Part shown: positions 10,007 to 19,702 of the stretch, piece after piece | Layout of the letters: the number at the start of each line of letters is the position of its first letter | Numbering within the stretch: position 1 is the stretch's first letter | Assembly (NCBI GenBank): GCA_030673645.1 | Contig: DAOVIO010000001.1 | Location: forward strand, 35,507 to 99,506 | Source: Bacteroidales bacterium | GTDB lineage: Bacteria > Bacteroidota > Bacteroidia > Bacteroidales > GCA-2748055 | Reading direction: 5' to 3' | Length of the DNA: 64,000 bases | Position numbers and translations under genes: made by a program | Notes under the pieces: generated by a model | What the model was told of the DNA's origin: nothing | Databases searched by the model: none | What the model saw: only the letters and a program-made list of their open reading frames with translations

Positions 10007-13000
10007 ATGAACTCAATTTTCAAGACTTGTAGAAAATTTAATAAAGTAATTTATAATGGGATTAATCCTAAATACCTATTTGTTACCATAATACTGGTCC
10101 TGGCATCTAATTTATTTGCACAAGATGATTTTGTATATGTTCAGGATGGAAGATTGCTCTATCCCAATGGAGAGGAGGTAGCTCTCATGGGGGTAAATCT
10201 CCAAACTATGATTTCCTGGGAGTACAATGCGAAATTGAAGGATGCAGGAATTCCTAAGGATGCGGAAGTCTGGAAAAGAATGGCTGATAAAAGCCTGGAT
10301 GAGCTTGAAATAATGGGTGCCAATTATATACGTGTACATCTTACACCCTCTGATTTTACCGATGCCAATGGAGGCCTGATAGAAACAATTTATCTCGATT
10401 TGTTAGATTATACGACTGCAGAAGCAGCCAAACGTGGCATCCGTTTGTGCTATGCATTCATGAATTATATGGGTGGCTATGAAGTTGCTTCTTCCTTTAT
10501 GAGAACCTCTTATCTGGAAGCAAAATCTATATCTTCAGCAGATGAAAAATATTATCATAAGGCTTTGTTGATGTTTGATAATGATTATCTGGCTGCATCT
10601 AAAAACTATATACGAAACTTATTAAACAGGGAGAACCCTTATAGCAATAAGGCATACAAGTCGGATACCAACATTATTGTTTGGGGTATTCAAAACGAAC
10701 CAACGTATTTGGATTACAATCAGCTAAAATTATACACAGAAGAATATTCCAGATTTCAGATCTGGCTGACCGATAATGGTCTGACTGAAAATAATGGTGC
10801 TAACTATCCCTCCTATCGCAAACAAAGGGTGAAGGGATACATAAATGAAATTCATGACGAGATAAGAAGTGCCGGATCTGTTCAGCCTGTGGAATGGAGC
10901 CTGAACTGGCACAGATTCCGTAATGGTCGTGAAGATGTATTTACAGCGGTAGCAGAATCAAAAGTTGAGGTGGTATCGTTCTGTACCTATCCAGGTCAAA
11001 GTGTTGCCACACAGTTAGGTGGGGGGAGCTATTTGAATTTCGATGGTGATCTTTCTACCTACGACTTTAGCGATTGGTTTAAAAGCGGCTACAATGAATT
11101 ATCATGGTATGGCTGGCTTCTTACTAATGATTTTAGCTCCAAGGCAAAAATTGTATATGAGTTTGAAAGTTTTTATAACCAGAGTTCATATATATATCCT
11201 GCTATTGCTGATCTACAGCGTTCTTTAGGGGCACAGGCAGCTGCCATGTGGCACTATAGTCAACCTGATTATGCTCAGTACAACAGTGGATCGCATATTT
11301 TGAATCTTAAATGTACCCCCAATAAAGCTGCAGCCTTTGCGGTGGCTTCGAAAATATACCAGAATACCCAGACAGAACAAGCTTATCATCCAAACTCAAC
11401 AACCGAGTGGCAAACAGATAATTATATGTATTCATTCTCTAATGATATTGCCATTTATAGCGATGATGAATCATACTGCTATTCGGCAAGTGTAAGTCCG
11501 GGACAATTACCATCACCTCCCATCAATCCGAAATATATAATGGGTATTGGTAATTCAGAGCTGGTGGAATACTCAGGAAACGGGAACTACCTAATAGAAT
11601 TAGTTGGCGATACACTGGACCTAAATATCCAACCTGATGTCAGTTATAACTACTCGCTATCCTCAAGAGAAGATGCCTTAATAACTAATTTGCATTATGA
11701 CACTATCCATGATCTTAAGTTAAAATTCTGGGAAAAGTACGGAAAGTATGAAATTTTCTCGGTTGAAGAAGGCAAGTATGAACTGGTATCTACCGCTTTT
11801 TATTTAGACAGTTTGAGTGTCAAACCGGGAAAATACAAAATTTTTATTGCCGACACTTTATATTCAGCAGAAAGTGAAGCTCCTACTTCTCCGGCAAATT
11901 TAGCTGTTGGAAATGTAAAGCCAACCAAAGTAGATCTTAGCTGGGAAGCTTCCTCAAACGCTTATATTGAGAAATATATTGTATTTGTGGATGGTGTAGA
12001 AGACATAGCTGTTTTTGCGCCAGCAACGAGCGTTACCATCGATGGTCTGACATGTGGAAATTCCCATAACTTAAGTGTGAAAGCCGTTAGTGGTGCTGGA
12101 AATGAATCACCGCTTAGTGCAATTGAAACTGTTACAACCGATATTTGCGATATTATTGCTCCCACGAAGCCCACTAATCTCGTTTCTTCTAACATTACAC
12201 CCAACAGTATTAAGCTTTCCTGGCAACAGTCAAGTGACAATATTGAAGTATGGGAATATGAAGTTTATATAAACGGTAAAAAAAAACTTGAGGTTCTTTA
12301 CCCCGATACAAGCATTAATATAAGTGGATTATACTGTGAAACCGACTATGAACTGTCCGTAAAGGCAAAAGATGAGGCAGGTAATTTATCACCTGCCAGT
12401 GAGATTCTGGCTGTCAGTACTATTGCATGCTCAGGATTAATTAGCTATCAGGAATGGAGAGGTATTGAAGGCTGGGAATTATCAGATTTAACATCTCATC
12501 CTGATTATCCTGAAAATCCTGACACCACCGGATATGTAACTTCCCTCCAAATCCCGACTAACTATGGATATAATTACGGCCAGAGGTTTTTGGGAAGTAT
12601 AATCGCACCCGAAACAGGGACCTATTATTTCTGGATTGCATCGGATAATGCTGGTCAGCTATGGCTAAGCCCTGATAATACATATGATAATAAATTATTG
12701 ATCGCTTATAACAATAGCTGGACCAATTACCAGGAATGGAATAAATTCTCATCTCAAAAGTCGGCAGGAAAAAACCTTATCAAGGACCAAAAATATTATG
12801 TTGAAGTTATAATGAAGGCTGCTGCCGGTGGAGACCACCTAACTGTAGGCTGGAGAAAGCCATCAGATGGTATAGGTACTGAACCCTTTGAAATAATTTC
12901 TGGAAGAGTATTAGGTCCTTACCAGGACCATAGGGCTCCTACAATTCCTGTAAATCTCCTTGCGTCCAACATTACAGAAACCAGTCTGGATTTAAATTGG

Positions 13001-14257
13001 GATAGTTCAACAGACGATTCCGGGCTGGCCGGATATTATATTCTCCAAAATGATGAACTTATCGATACTCTTTTAACTACATCCATTTCCATTACTGGTC
13101 TTACAAGCGGTTTATCCTATGACTTTGCTATTAAAGCTTTTGATATATATGGCAATGTATCAAAATCAAGCATGGTTGAGACTGTGGTGACAACTGACAA
13201 TGAGGAACCATCAGCACCCGGAAACCTTGTTGCAACGGAAATTACAGGAAATAGTTGCAAACTAAGCTGGGATTCCTCAACAGATAATGCAGCAATTGAA
13301 GCTTATGATATCTATGAAAATGCTGTGCTTAAAAGCTCGGTAACAGATACTTTTTCTGTCATAACTGGTTTAGAAATGGTTGTTTCTTATACTTTTACAG
13401 TAAAGGCCAGGGATGCAGCCGGAAATAGTTCCAATGAAAGTAGTGTGGTGGTTCTTACCCCGGATACAGAAGCGCCATCTACTCCTTCCAACCTAACTTC
13501 ATCGAATATTACAGGGAATAGCTGCTCACTTAGCTGGCAAGCATCAAATGATAATATTGATGTCGCAGAATATGAGGTATTCAAAGATGGTGAACTGGAA
13601 AAAAGCGTTTATTTTACTTATACTGATATATCTGAATTAACAAATGCCATCTCGTACACCTTTACCGTCCGGGCGAAAGATGTAGCCGGAAATGTTTCAG
13701 AAGAAAGTAATGCCATTATTGTAAATACTCTTGATACTGAAGCCCCAACAACTCCAGTAAATCTTAGGGCTTCAAATATATCACTGTCTGGTGTGGATCT
13801 AAGCTGGGAAGCTTCAACCGATAATCTGGGAGTAACTGCCTATGAGGTTTTCAAAAATAATGAGTTTGAAACATTAGTAAGCAATACTAATATATCTATT
13901 ACAGGATTGCAGGTAAAAACAAATTACGAATTCCAGGTAAAGGCATTGGATGCTGCCGGAAATATTTCTATTGCAAGTAATTCTGTCAGCGTTTTTATAG
14001 ATAATACCTCAGCGTCATTCCTTCAGGCTTCCGATAATAATATCCTACTCTATCCCAATCCAGCCAAGGATTTTGCCTACATAAAGAATGCTTTAGAAGG
14101 AATTGTTTCGGTATTGTCAGTGGATGGAAGAATTATGTTGAGTAAAGATTATAAAAGAGGCGATTTAATTGATTTAAGTTCGCTTACACCTGGTTTTTAT
14201 ATCTTAAGATTATCGGGAAATGGAATGATTAACTTGTGTTTTTCAATTGAAAGATAA
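10007..14257 (+). CDS. T9SS-secreted modular enzyme: GH-A-like catalytic module (paralogue B) - FN3 x2 - PA14 - FN3 x4 - T9SS C-terminal domain
   Basis: The N-terminal ~620 aa are collinear with 4621.. and 30996.. ('YIRVHLTPSDF', 'VWGIQNEP', 'KVEVVSFCTYPGQSV', 'AKIVYEFESFYNQS'). There are six FN3 units ('AP..P.NL....IT..S..LSW..S.DN....YE'). The PA14-like block is 'GYNYGQRFLGSIIAPETGTYYFWIASDNAGQLWLS...YYVEVIMKAAAGGDHLTVGWRKP'. The CTD is 'LLYPNPAKDFAYIKN...GFYILRL'. Confidence 0.75.
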   Translation: MNSIFKTCRKFNKVIYNGINPKYLFVTIILVLASNLFAQDDFVYVQDGRLLYPNGEEVALMGVNLQTMISWEYNAKLKDAGIPKDAEVWKRMADKSLDELEIMGANYIRVHLTPSDFTDANGGLIETIYLDLLDYTTAEAAKRGIRLCYAFMNYMGGYEVASSFMRTSYLEAKSISSADEKYYHKALLMFDNDYLAASKNYIRNLLNRENPYSNKAYKSDTNIIVWGIQNEPTYLDYNQLKLYTEEYSRFQIWLTDNGLTENNGANYPSYRKQRVKGYINEIHDEIRSAGSVQPVEWSLNWHRFRNGREDVFTAVAESKVEVVSFCTYPGQSVATQLGGGSYLNFDGDLSTYDFSDWFKSGYNELSWYGWLLTNDFSSKAKIVYEFESFYNQSSYIYPAIADLQRSLGAQAAAMWHYSQPDYAQYNSGSHILNLKCTPNKAAAFAVASKIYQNTQTEQAYHPNSTTEWQTDNYMYSFSNDIAIYSDDESYCYSASVSPGQLPSPPINPKYIMGIGNSELVEYSGNGNYLIELVGDTLDLNIQPDVSYNYSLSSREDALITNLHYDTIHDLKLKFWEKYGKYEIFSVEEGKYELVSTAFYLDSLSVKPGKYKIFIADTLYSAESEAPTSPANLAVGNVKPTKVDLSWEASSNAYIEKYIVFVDGVEDIAVFAPATSVTIDGLTCGNSHNLSVKAVSGAGNESPLSAIETVTTDICDIIAPTKPTNLVSSNITPNSIKLSWQQSSDNIEVWEYEVYINGKKKLEVLYPDTSINISGLYCETDYELSVKAKDEAGNLSPASEILAVSTIACSGLISYQEWRGIEGWELSDLTSHPDYPENPDTTGYVTSLQIPTNYGYNYGQRFLGSIIAPETGTYYFWIASDNAGQLWLSPDNTYDNKLLIAYNNSWTNYQEWNKFSSQKSAGKNLIKDQKYYVEVIMKAAAGGDHLTVGWRKPSDGIGTEPFEIISGRVLGPYQDHRAPTIPVNLLASNITETSLDLNWDSSTDDSGLAGYYILQNDELIDTLLTTSISITGLTSGLSYDFAIKAFDIYGNVSKSSMVETVVTTDNEEPSAPGNLVATEITGNSCKLSWDSSTDNAAIEAYDIYENAVLKSSVTDTFSVITGLEMVVSYTFTVKARDAAGNSSNESSVVVLTPDTEAPSTPSNLTSSNITGNSCSLSWQASNDNIDVAEYEVFKDGELEKSVYFTYTDISELTNAISYTFTVRAKDVAGNVSEESNAIIVNTLDTEAPTTPVNLRASNISLSGVDLSWEASTDNLGVTAYEVFKNNEFETLVSNTNISITGLQVKTNYEFQVKALDAAGNISIASNSVSVFIDNTSASFLQASDNNILLYPNPAKDFAYIKNALEGIVSVLSVDGRIMLSKDYKRGDLIDLSSLTPGFYILRLSGNGMINLCFSIER
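11876..12423 (+). repeat. Intragenic tandem FN3-encoding repeats (2 units, ~270 bp each)
   Basis: Units begin 'EAPTSPANLAVGNVKPTKVDLSWEAS' and 'IIAPTKPTNLVSSNITPNSIKLSWQQS'. Confidence 0.7.
12929..14000 (+). repeat. Intragenic tandem FN3-encoding repeats (4 units, ~270 bp each)
   Basis: Units begin 'HRAPTIPVNLLASNITETSLDLNW', 'EEPSAPGNLVATEITGNSCKLSW', 'TEAPSTPSNLTSSNITGNSCSLSW' and 'TEAPTTPVNLRASNISLSGVDLSW'. Each ends '...F.VKA.D.AGN.S..S'. Confidence 0.75.
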
Positions 14258-14271
14258 AACTTGATAAAATA

Positions 14272-16971
14272 ATGATTAATACTAAATCAATACCAACTTT
14301 TAAAACAGGAATAAGTTGTTTGGTTCTTCTGCAAGGAGTTTCTCAAATGTCAATAAAAGCAGCAGCTCCTCCCACCGAGAAACCTAACATCATAATTATT
14401 TATGCCGATGATCTGGATGCAGACGAACTTAATCACACAGTTAATGATATTGATATATGGCCAACATTTAACGGTGTTAAAAGTCTTGGCATTGACAGCT
14501 ATAACAAAACTTTTAGCCCATTGCTTTTGACTCCCAATATCGATTCACTGGCAAACGGAGGTATGATGTTTACGCATTTCTATGTTAATGCTACAGTTTG
14601 TACCCCTAGTCGCTATAGCTTACTAACCGGACGTTATGCAACAACTGGAGAGGAATTACTCGACCAGTATCCAGCCGGTACACATGCCACACTCGATTGG
14701 AGTCCTGCTATTATCAGAAGTGAAAGCCTCCTGCCAAAAGAACTTAAAAAAGCAGGATACCGTACGGGTATTGTTGGCAAGTGGCATAATACTCCTGATG
14801 AGGCAAATTTGCCCGTCTCATCATCAAAAATTGAGAAAAACTCTCATCCAAGCTATGAAGAAGCGCTGGAAGAGGATGCCTTTCTCAAAAATCATCAGCA
14901 AACAGGAGTCAACTATTTAAGTGAAGGTTTTGGATGGGATGTGGTCGAACGAATGGAGTGGGGAAATTCAATTGTAAACCTGGACTGGATGTGTGAAGGG
15001 GCGCTTAATTTTATCGAAGAGAGTAAGGATACTTCCTTTTTCCTTTATTTATCCTTACCGGTGCCCCATGGTCAATATCAATACATTTACAATTCTTTAG
15101 ATGTCCTGGATAGAAGGGTTTGTGCAAATGGAATCCTGCCGGATAATTATTCCATATTGCCCTCAGATAGTGATGTATACAGAAGAATCGATTCAGCAGG
15201 TGTCCCCAGAGAAAACGCTATGGCTACACATATGGACGATTATGTAGGTGCGGTTATGAATAAACTGGAGGAACTTGGAATAGGGGAGAATACCCTTATT
15301 ATTTTTACAAGCGATCACGGCAACCGTGGAAAAAATAGTTGTTATGAAGGAGGAGCCAGGATCCCTATGTTTATTTACTGGCCCGGTAAGATTGATCCAG
15401 GTACAACAAACAGTAGCCTGATTGGCAATATCGATATTTCAGCAACCTTACTGGATCTGGTAAGGATCACGCCTCCCGAGGATATGTCGCGCGACAACCT
15501 TAGCTTTTTACCTCAATTATTAGGAGATCCCGAACCTCTGGATTGGAGGAAAAGTATGATGATTGAAGCAGGGAATTCAAAAGCCATTGTTACAAAAGAA
15601 TACAAGTATATCGCCAACAGGGTCACTCCCGAAATTGCGCAAAGTATGGCTGAACAACCGAAAGTGGTATATTGGTCGGGGGTTGATCACCACAATTACA
15701 ACACCGAATTCATGTATAAAGGCTATTGGGATGCAGATCAACTATATGATCTGGAGAATGACCTTTACGAACAAAAAAACCTTATGGGCAATCAGGGATA
15801 CAAAGATATGCTGATAGAAATGAAATCGGAGCTTGCCAGTTATGTTTCAAAACTGCCTCATTCATTTGGCGAGTTTAGCGAAGGGGGCTCAGTTCTTTCC
15901 GCTTTTAATGCTCCGACAAATCTTATTGCTTTGAATATTACTCCTACTAATCTTGATTTAAAATGGGATGCATCAAGCCATGACATTGGTTTGGTGGGAT
16001 ACGAAGTATATAAAGACGATGTTTTAGAGACCTTCGCTACAGGAACATTTGTATCCATTACGGGATTAGCTCTGGATTCAACTTACAAATTTAAGCTAAA
16101 AGCCCTTGATGTAACAGGCACATATTCATCAGAAAGCAATGAGGTGACCATTAAAACACGATATCCGGATGAGGAAAGTCCGTCAGCTCCTTCCAATCTT
16201 ATTGCTACTGAAATTACAGCTACTGGATGTGAACTATCCTGGGAGCCTTCAAACGACAATATAGGTGTTATCGCTTACGAGGTTTATAAAGATGGTGAGT
16301 TTTTGACCACAACTTCAGGAACATCCATTTCAATTAGTGGTTTGGAGAGTTTCCAAACTTACATTTTTACAGTTAAGGCAAAGGATTTTGATGGTAATAT
16401 TTCCACGGAAAGTAACAGGTTTACAATAATAACTTCTGATAATATTCCTCCAACAGCGCCGTCTAATTTTACTGTCTCAAATATTACCGGAAACTCTTGC
16501 GGACTTGGTTGGTCGGCTTCCACTGATAATGTGGGTATAGAAGAATACGAAATTTACAGGGATGGTGTTCTAGATACTATCGTTTACTTCCCCCATGTCA
16601 CAATTAGTGGTTTAAGTAATTCCACAACCTATGTTTTCACGGTTAAGGCAAAGGATGTAGCCGGAAATCTTTCAGAAGAAAGTAGTGAATTAATTGTGAC
16701 TACCCTTGATTCGGTAATTATTGGAACTCAAAAAATTATTGTACAGGATGGAATAGAAATATACCCAAATCCAGTGGGAAGTATGCTATATATCTCAAAT
16801 CTTGAAAGTGGTTTGCTCAGTATTCATTCTTTCGATGGCAGGCAGGTGTTAAGTGCTGATCACAGGCCTGGTCTGGCAGTTGATGTATCCTCATTGTCGT
16901 CGGGAGTTTATATTCTTGAGATTTCAGCTAACAGGAAAAACTACTTATTGATAAAAAGTGGAGCAGAATAG
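14272..16971 (+). CDS. T9SS-secreted S1 sulfatase (Cys-type) fused to FN3 x3 and a T9SS C-terminal domain
   Basis: The sulfatase core has 'IIIYADDLDADE', 'CTPSRYSLLTGRY', 'GKWHN' and 'FTSDHGN'. It ends 'KLPHSFGEF', like 6452..8050. Three FN3 units and the CTD 'IEIYPNPVGSMLYISN...GVYILEIS' follow. Confidence 0.85.
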   Translation: MINTKSIPTFKTGISCLVLLQGVSQMSIKAAAPPTEKPNIIIIYADDLDADELNHTVNDIDIWPTFNGVKSLGIDSYNKTFSPLLLTPNIDSLANGGMMFTHFYVNATVCTPSRYSLLTGRYATTGEELLDQYPAGTHATLDWSPAIIRSESLLPKELKKAGYRTGIVGKWHNTPDEANLPVSSSKIEKNSHPSYEEALEEDAFLKNHQQTGVNYLSEGFGWDVVERMEWGNSIVNLDWMCEGALNFIEESKDTSFFLYLSLPVPHGQYQYIYNSLDVLDRRVCANGILPDNYSILPSDSDVYRRIDSAGVPRENAMATHMDDYVGAVMNKLEELGIGENTLIIFTSDHGNRGKNSCYEGGARIPMFIYWPGKIDPGTTNSSLIGNIDISATLLDLVRITPPEDMSRDNLSFLPQLLGDPEPLDWRKSMMIEAGNSKAIVTKEYKYIANRVTPEIAQSMAEQPKVVYWSGVDHHNYNTEFMYKGYWDADQLYDLENDLYEQKNLMGNQGYKDMLIEMKSELASYVSKLPHSFGEFSEGGSVLSAFNAPTNLIALNITPTNLDLKWDASSHDIGLVGYEVYKDDVLETFATGTFVSITGLALDSTYKFKLKALDVTGTYSSESNEVTIKTRYPDEESPSAPSNLIATEITATGCELSWEPSNDNIGVIAYEVYKDGEFLTTTSGTSISISGLESFQTYIFTVKAKDFDGNISTESNRFTIITSDNIPPTAPSNFTVSNITGNSCGLGWSASTDNVGIEEYEIYRDGVLDTIVYFPHVTISGLSNSTTYVFTVKAKDVAGNLSEESSELIVTTLDSVIIGTQKIIVQDGIEIYPNPVGSMLYISNLESGLLSIHSFDGRQVLSADHRPGLAVDVSSLSSGVYILEISANRKNYLLIKSGAE
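15901..16710 (+). repeat. Intragenic tandem FN3-encoding repeats (3 units), same repeat family as in the upstream gene
   Basis: Contains 'ESPSAPSNLIATEITATGCELSW' and 'IPPTAPSNFTVSNITGNSCGLGW...FTVKAKDVAGNLSEES'. Counted by eye, the last unit is roughly 55-60% identical to FN3 unit 5 of 10007..14257. Confidence 0.7.
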
Positions 16972-17040
16972 TTAAATCGCCCCTTATTAGTTTGAATTTG
17001 AAATGAAGAATTAGTGTTAACTCAAAAAAAAGCTATAAGA

Positions 17041-17910
17041 ATGAAAAGATTATTGTTGATAGCACTGTTAATACGATATGGAATTGGATCCTTTGCTCAA
17101 TCCGGGAACAAATCCTTGAATTCCTGCAGACATCCTGAAAATTTCAAAAAAGAAAACCTGGTGGTCTGGTGTATAGTTCCTTTTGATGCTGTGAATCGTT
17201 CGCCTGAAGAACGTGCTGAAATGCTGGTCGAATTGGGATTAAAACATGTTGCATACGACTGGCGGGAAAGGCACGTTGCTGAGTTTGAGGAAGAAATTAT
17301 TCAATACCAGAAACATGATCTGGATTATTTTGCCTTTTGGGGTTCGCATGATAAGGCTTTCGAATTGTTTAAACAATACCAAATTCATCCTCAGATCTGG
17401 ATTACAAATCCTTCCCAAAAAACCGGAACTCAAGAAGAGAAAATCGAGCAGGTTGCTGAGATTTTGATTCCTTTGGCAAAAAAAGCTTCCGCCATTGGAT
17501 CTAAACTGGGACTTTATAATCATGGAGGATGGGGAGGAGAACCGGAGAATCTGGTTGCCGTGTGCAAGTACCTTAAATCAAAAGGGCACGAAAACGTAGG
17601 CATCGTGTATAATTTTCATCATGCGCATGAAAATATAAAGACTTTCAAAAAGGATTTTGAACAGATGAAACCCTTTCTTTTATGTCTCAATCTGAATGGA
17701 ATGGCAGATCCGGAGTTGGTGAACGAAGAGACACATGAAAATATGATACTTCCGCTTGGTACAGGAAAGAATGAGGCTGAGATGATTCGGATTGTCATTG
17801 AGAGCGGCTATGACGGACCTGTAGGAATAATTGGACACATTGAAACTCAGGATGTAGCATTAAGTCTGACCAACAATCTTAACGGACTTAAAAAGATACT
17901 GGAGAAATAA
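17041..17910 (+). CDS. Signal-peptide-bearing xylose-isomerase-like TIM-barrel protein (sugar phosphate isomerase/epimerase superfamily)
   Basis: 'MKRLLLIALLIRYGIGSFAQ' is a signal peptide. 'LGLYNHGGW', 'NFHHAHEN', 'LCLNLNGM' and 'YDGPVGIIGH' are typical of the AP_endonuc_2 / xylose isomerase-like fold. The track starts at 17014; the first ATG is at 17041. Confidence 0.6.
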   Translation: MKRLLLIALLIRYGIGSFAQSGNKSLNSCRHPENFKKENLVVWCIVPFDAVNRSPEERAEMLVELGLKHVAYDWRERHVAEFEEEIIQYQKHDLDYFAFWGSHDKAFELFKQYQIHPQIWITNPSQKTGTQEEKIEQVAEILIPLAKKASAIGSKLGLYNHGGWGGEPENLVAVCKYLKSKGHENVGIVYNFHHAHENIKTFKKDFEQMKPFLLCLNLNGMADPELVNEETHENMILPLGTGKNEAEMIRIVIESGYDGPVGIIGHIETQDVALSLTNNLNGLKKILEK

Positions 17911-17971
17911 ATAATATTGCCAGTGAACCTGTAAATATTTGATATAGTAAATAACTAAAGATACTAAAAGT

Positions 17972-19435
17972 ATGTATAAAATGCTTTCACTCGCTGCTTT
18001 AACATTCAGCTATTCTCATCCGGTTGAAGTTCCGGATACGGTCGAGAAAAAACCTCATATATTGTTTATCGCGATCGACGATTTACGTCCCGATTTAGGA
18101 TGTTATGGAAACACTGAGGTAAAAAGTCCAAACATCGACCAGTTGGCCAGTGAAGGCACTTCTTTTATGCGAGCATTTTGTCAGCAAGCTGTTTGTGGTC
18201 CTTCCCGTATAAGTCTCATGACCGGTATTCATCCTGATGGACTCGGATTGTGGGGTATGAGCGGAAGTCATTTAATCGAATGGCGGGAAACACGTACCGG
18301 GATAACCAGTTTATCGGAGCAGTTCCGTAAAAATGGATACAAAGCTTATGGCTATGGAAAAATTTATGACCATCGTTTGGGTTTGGATATTGAGCACTCG
18401 TGGGACGAGTATAAGGGAGGAAAAACTTCATACAACCTAAAAAAGCACAACAGGGAAGGACGTTCGATAAATGGTAGTTCTCCATTAAAACCTGCATTTT
18501 TTGCGGTGGATGCAGTGGATGCAGAATTATCGGATGGCTACGTTGCCAATCTGGCCATCGAAAAACTTAAAGCATACGATACAAGTCAACCACTGTTTCT
18601 TGCAGTTGGGTTCCAAAAACCGCATCTGCCTTTTGTTGCTCCTAAAAAGTATTTTGACCTTTATGAGACTGAAAAACTTACATTGGCAGAGCGTAGATGT
18701 CCACCCGAATGGCATACCGAGTTCATGTTCTCGTGGTACAAAGAAATAAACAGTTATGACGTTCCATATCCTATCCCTGAAGATATGCAGCGTCAGCTCA
18801 TCGAGGGCTATTATGCCTGTGTTAGTTATGTAGATGCACAAATTGGTAAAATCATTGTCACCCTGAAGGAAAAAGGAATGTATGACAATACTATGATTGT
18901 ACTCTGGGGCGACCATGGATTCAAACTGGGAGAGCATGGGGAATGGGCCAAACATACAAATACCGAACATGATGCAAGGGTTCCGTTTATAATTGCTGCT
19001 CCCGGGAATTATGAAAAGAATGCAAAGACAAAAGCCCTGGTCGAACTGGTGGATTTATTCCCGACTATGTGTGAGCTTGCAGGTATTCCGGTTCCGGATC
19101 ATACTGAGGGACACAGCCTGGTTCCGATAATGAAGGATAAAGATGCTAACGTCCGGAAATTTGCACTAACCCAATATCCAATGGTTAGGTCCACTATGAG
19201 CTATTCTATACGAACAGATGACTGGAGATATGTCGAGACACGTAGCGACATAACAGGTGAACCTATTGCCGCTGAACTTTACGATTTACGCAGTAATTCA
19301 ATAGAAATAAAGAATAATTTGAATGATTATCCGGAAGTGGCAAAAGAACATGCAGCCATGTTGGATAAATATTTAAAAAGTGCTAAAAAATGGACGGGCG
19401 GTCATATGATAAGCTCCTGGGGTCCGGTCGAATAG
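17972..19435 (+). CDS. S1 sulfatase (Cys-type), iduronate-2-sulfatase-like; paralogue of 21454..22908
   Basis: Carries 'ILFIAIDDLRPDLGCYG', 'CGPSRISLMTGIHPDG', 'GFQKPHLPFVAPKKYFDLY' and 'WGDHGFKLGEHGEW'. Confidence 0.9.
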   Translation: MYKMLSLAALTFSYSHPVEVPDTVEKKPHILFIAIDDLRPDLGCYGNTEVKSPNIDQLASEGTSFMRAFCQQAVCGPSRISLMTGIHPDGLGLWGMSGSHLIEWRETRTGITSLSEQFRKNGYKAYGYGKIYDHRLGLDIEHSWDEYKGGKTSYNLKKHNREGRSINGSSPLKPAFFAVDAVDAELSDGYVANLAIEKLKAYDTSQPLFLAVGFQKPHLPFVAPKKYFDLYETEKLTLAERRCPPEWHTEFMFSWYKEINSYDVPYPIPEDMQRQLIEGYYACVSYVDAQIGKIIVTLKEKGMYDNTMIVLWGDHGFKLGEHGEWAKHTNTEHDARVPFIIAAPGNYEKNAKTKALVELVDLFPTMCELAGIPVPDHTEGHSLVPIMKDKDANVRKFALTQYPMVRSTMSYSIRTDDWRYVETRSDITGEPIAAELYDLRSNSIEIKNNLNDYPEVAKEHAAMLDKYLKSAKKWTGGHMISSWGPVE

Positions 19436-19630
19436 AGATGATAATTCCGATGAATCGCTTAGCCAAGTATTATTATTAAGTTATTGAGATTTGAATCTTA
19501 TGCAAAAGAGAAAAAATGAAGAATTAATTAATAGTATAGACTACCGGGGATAAGATAAAATCCTATTCAATAAATACCCAAATCCATAACATTTGGCTAA
19601 TTTATATAAACAGAAATATCTCGACGGGGC

Positions 19631-19638
19631 TACTTTTG
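19631..19638 (+). promoter_or_regulatory. Candidate Bacteroidota -7 promoter box (TAnnTTTG) inside the sulfatase battery
   Basis: 'TACTTTTG' sits 65 nt upstream of the ATG at 19703, in a 267-bp intergenic gap. I saw no convincing -33 TTTG. Confidence 0.2.
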
Positions 19639-19702
19639 TATATTGAGTATCTTGTGAAGTGGATTTTTTGTTTTTTACCTCCACAAATAAAACATAAAAA
19701 AT

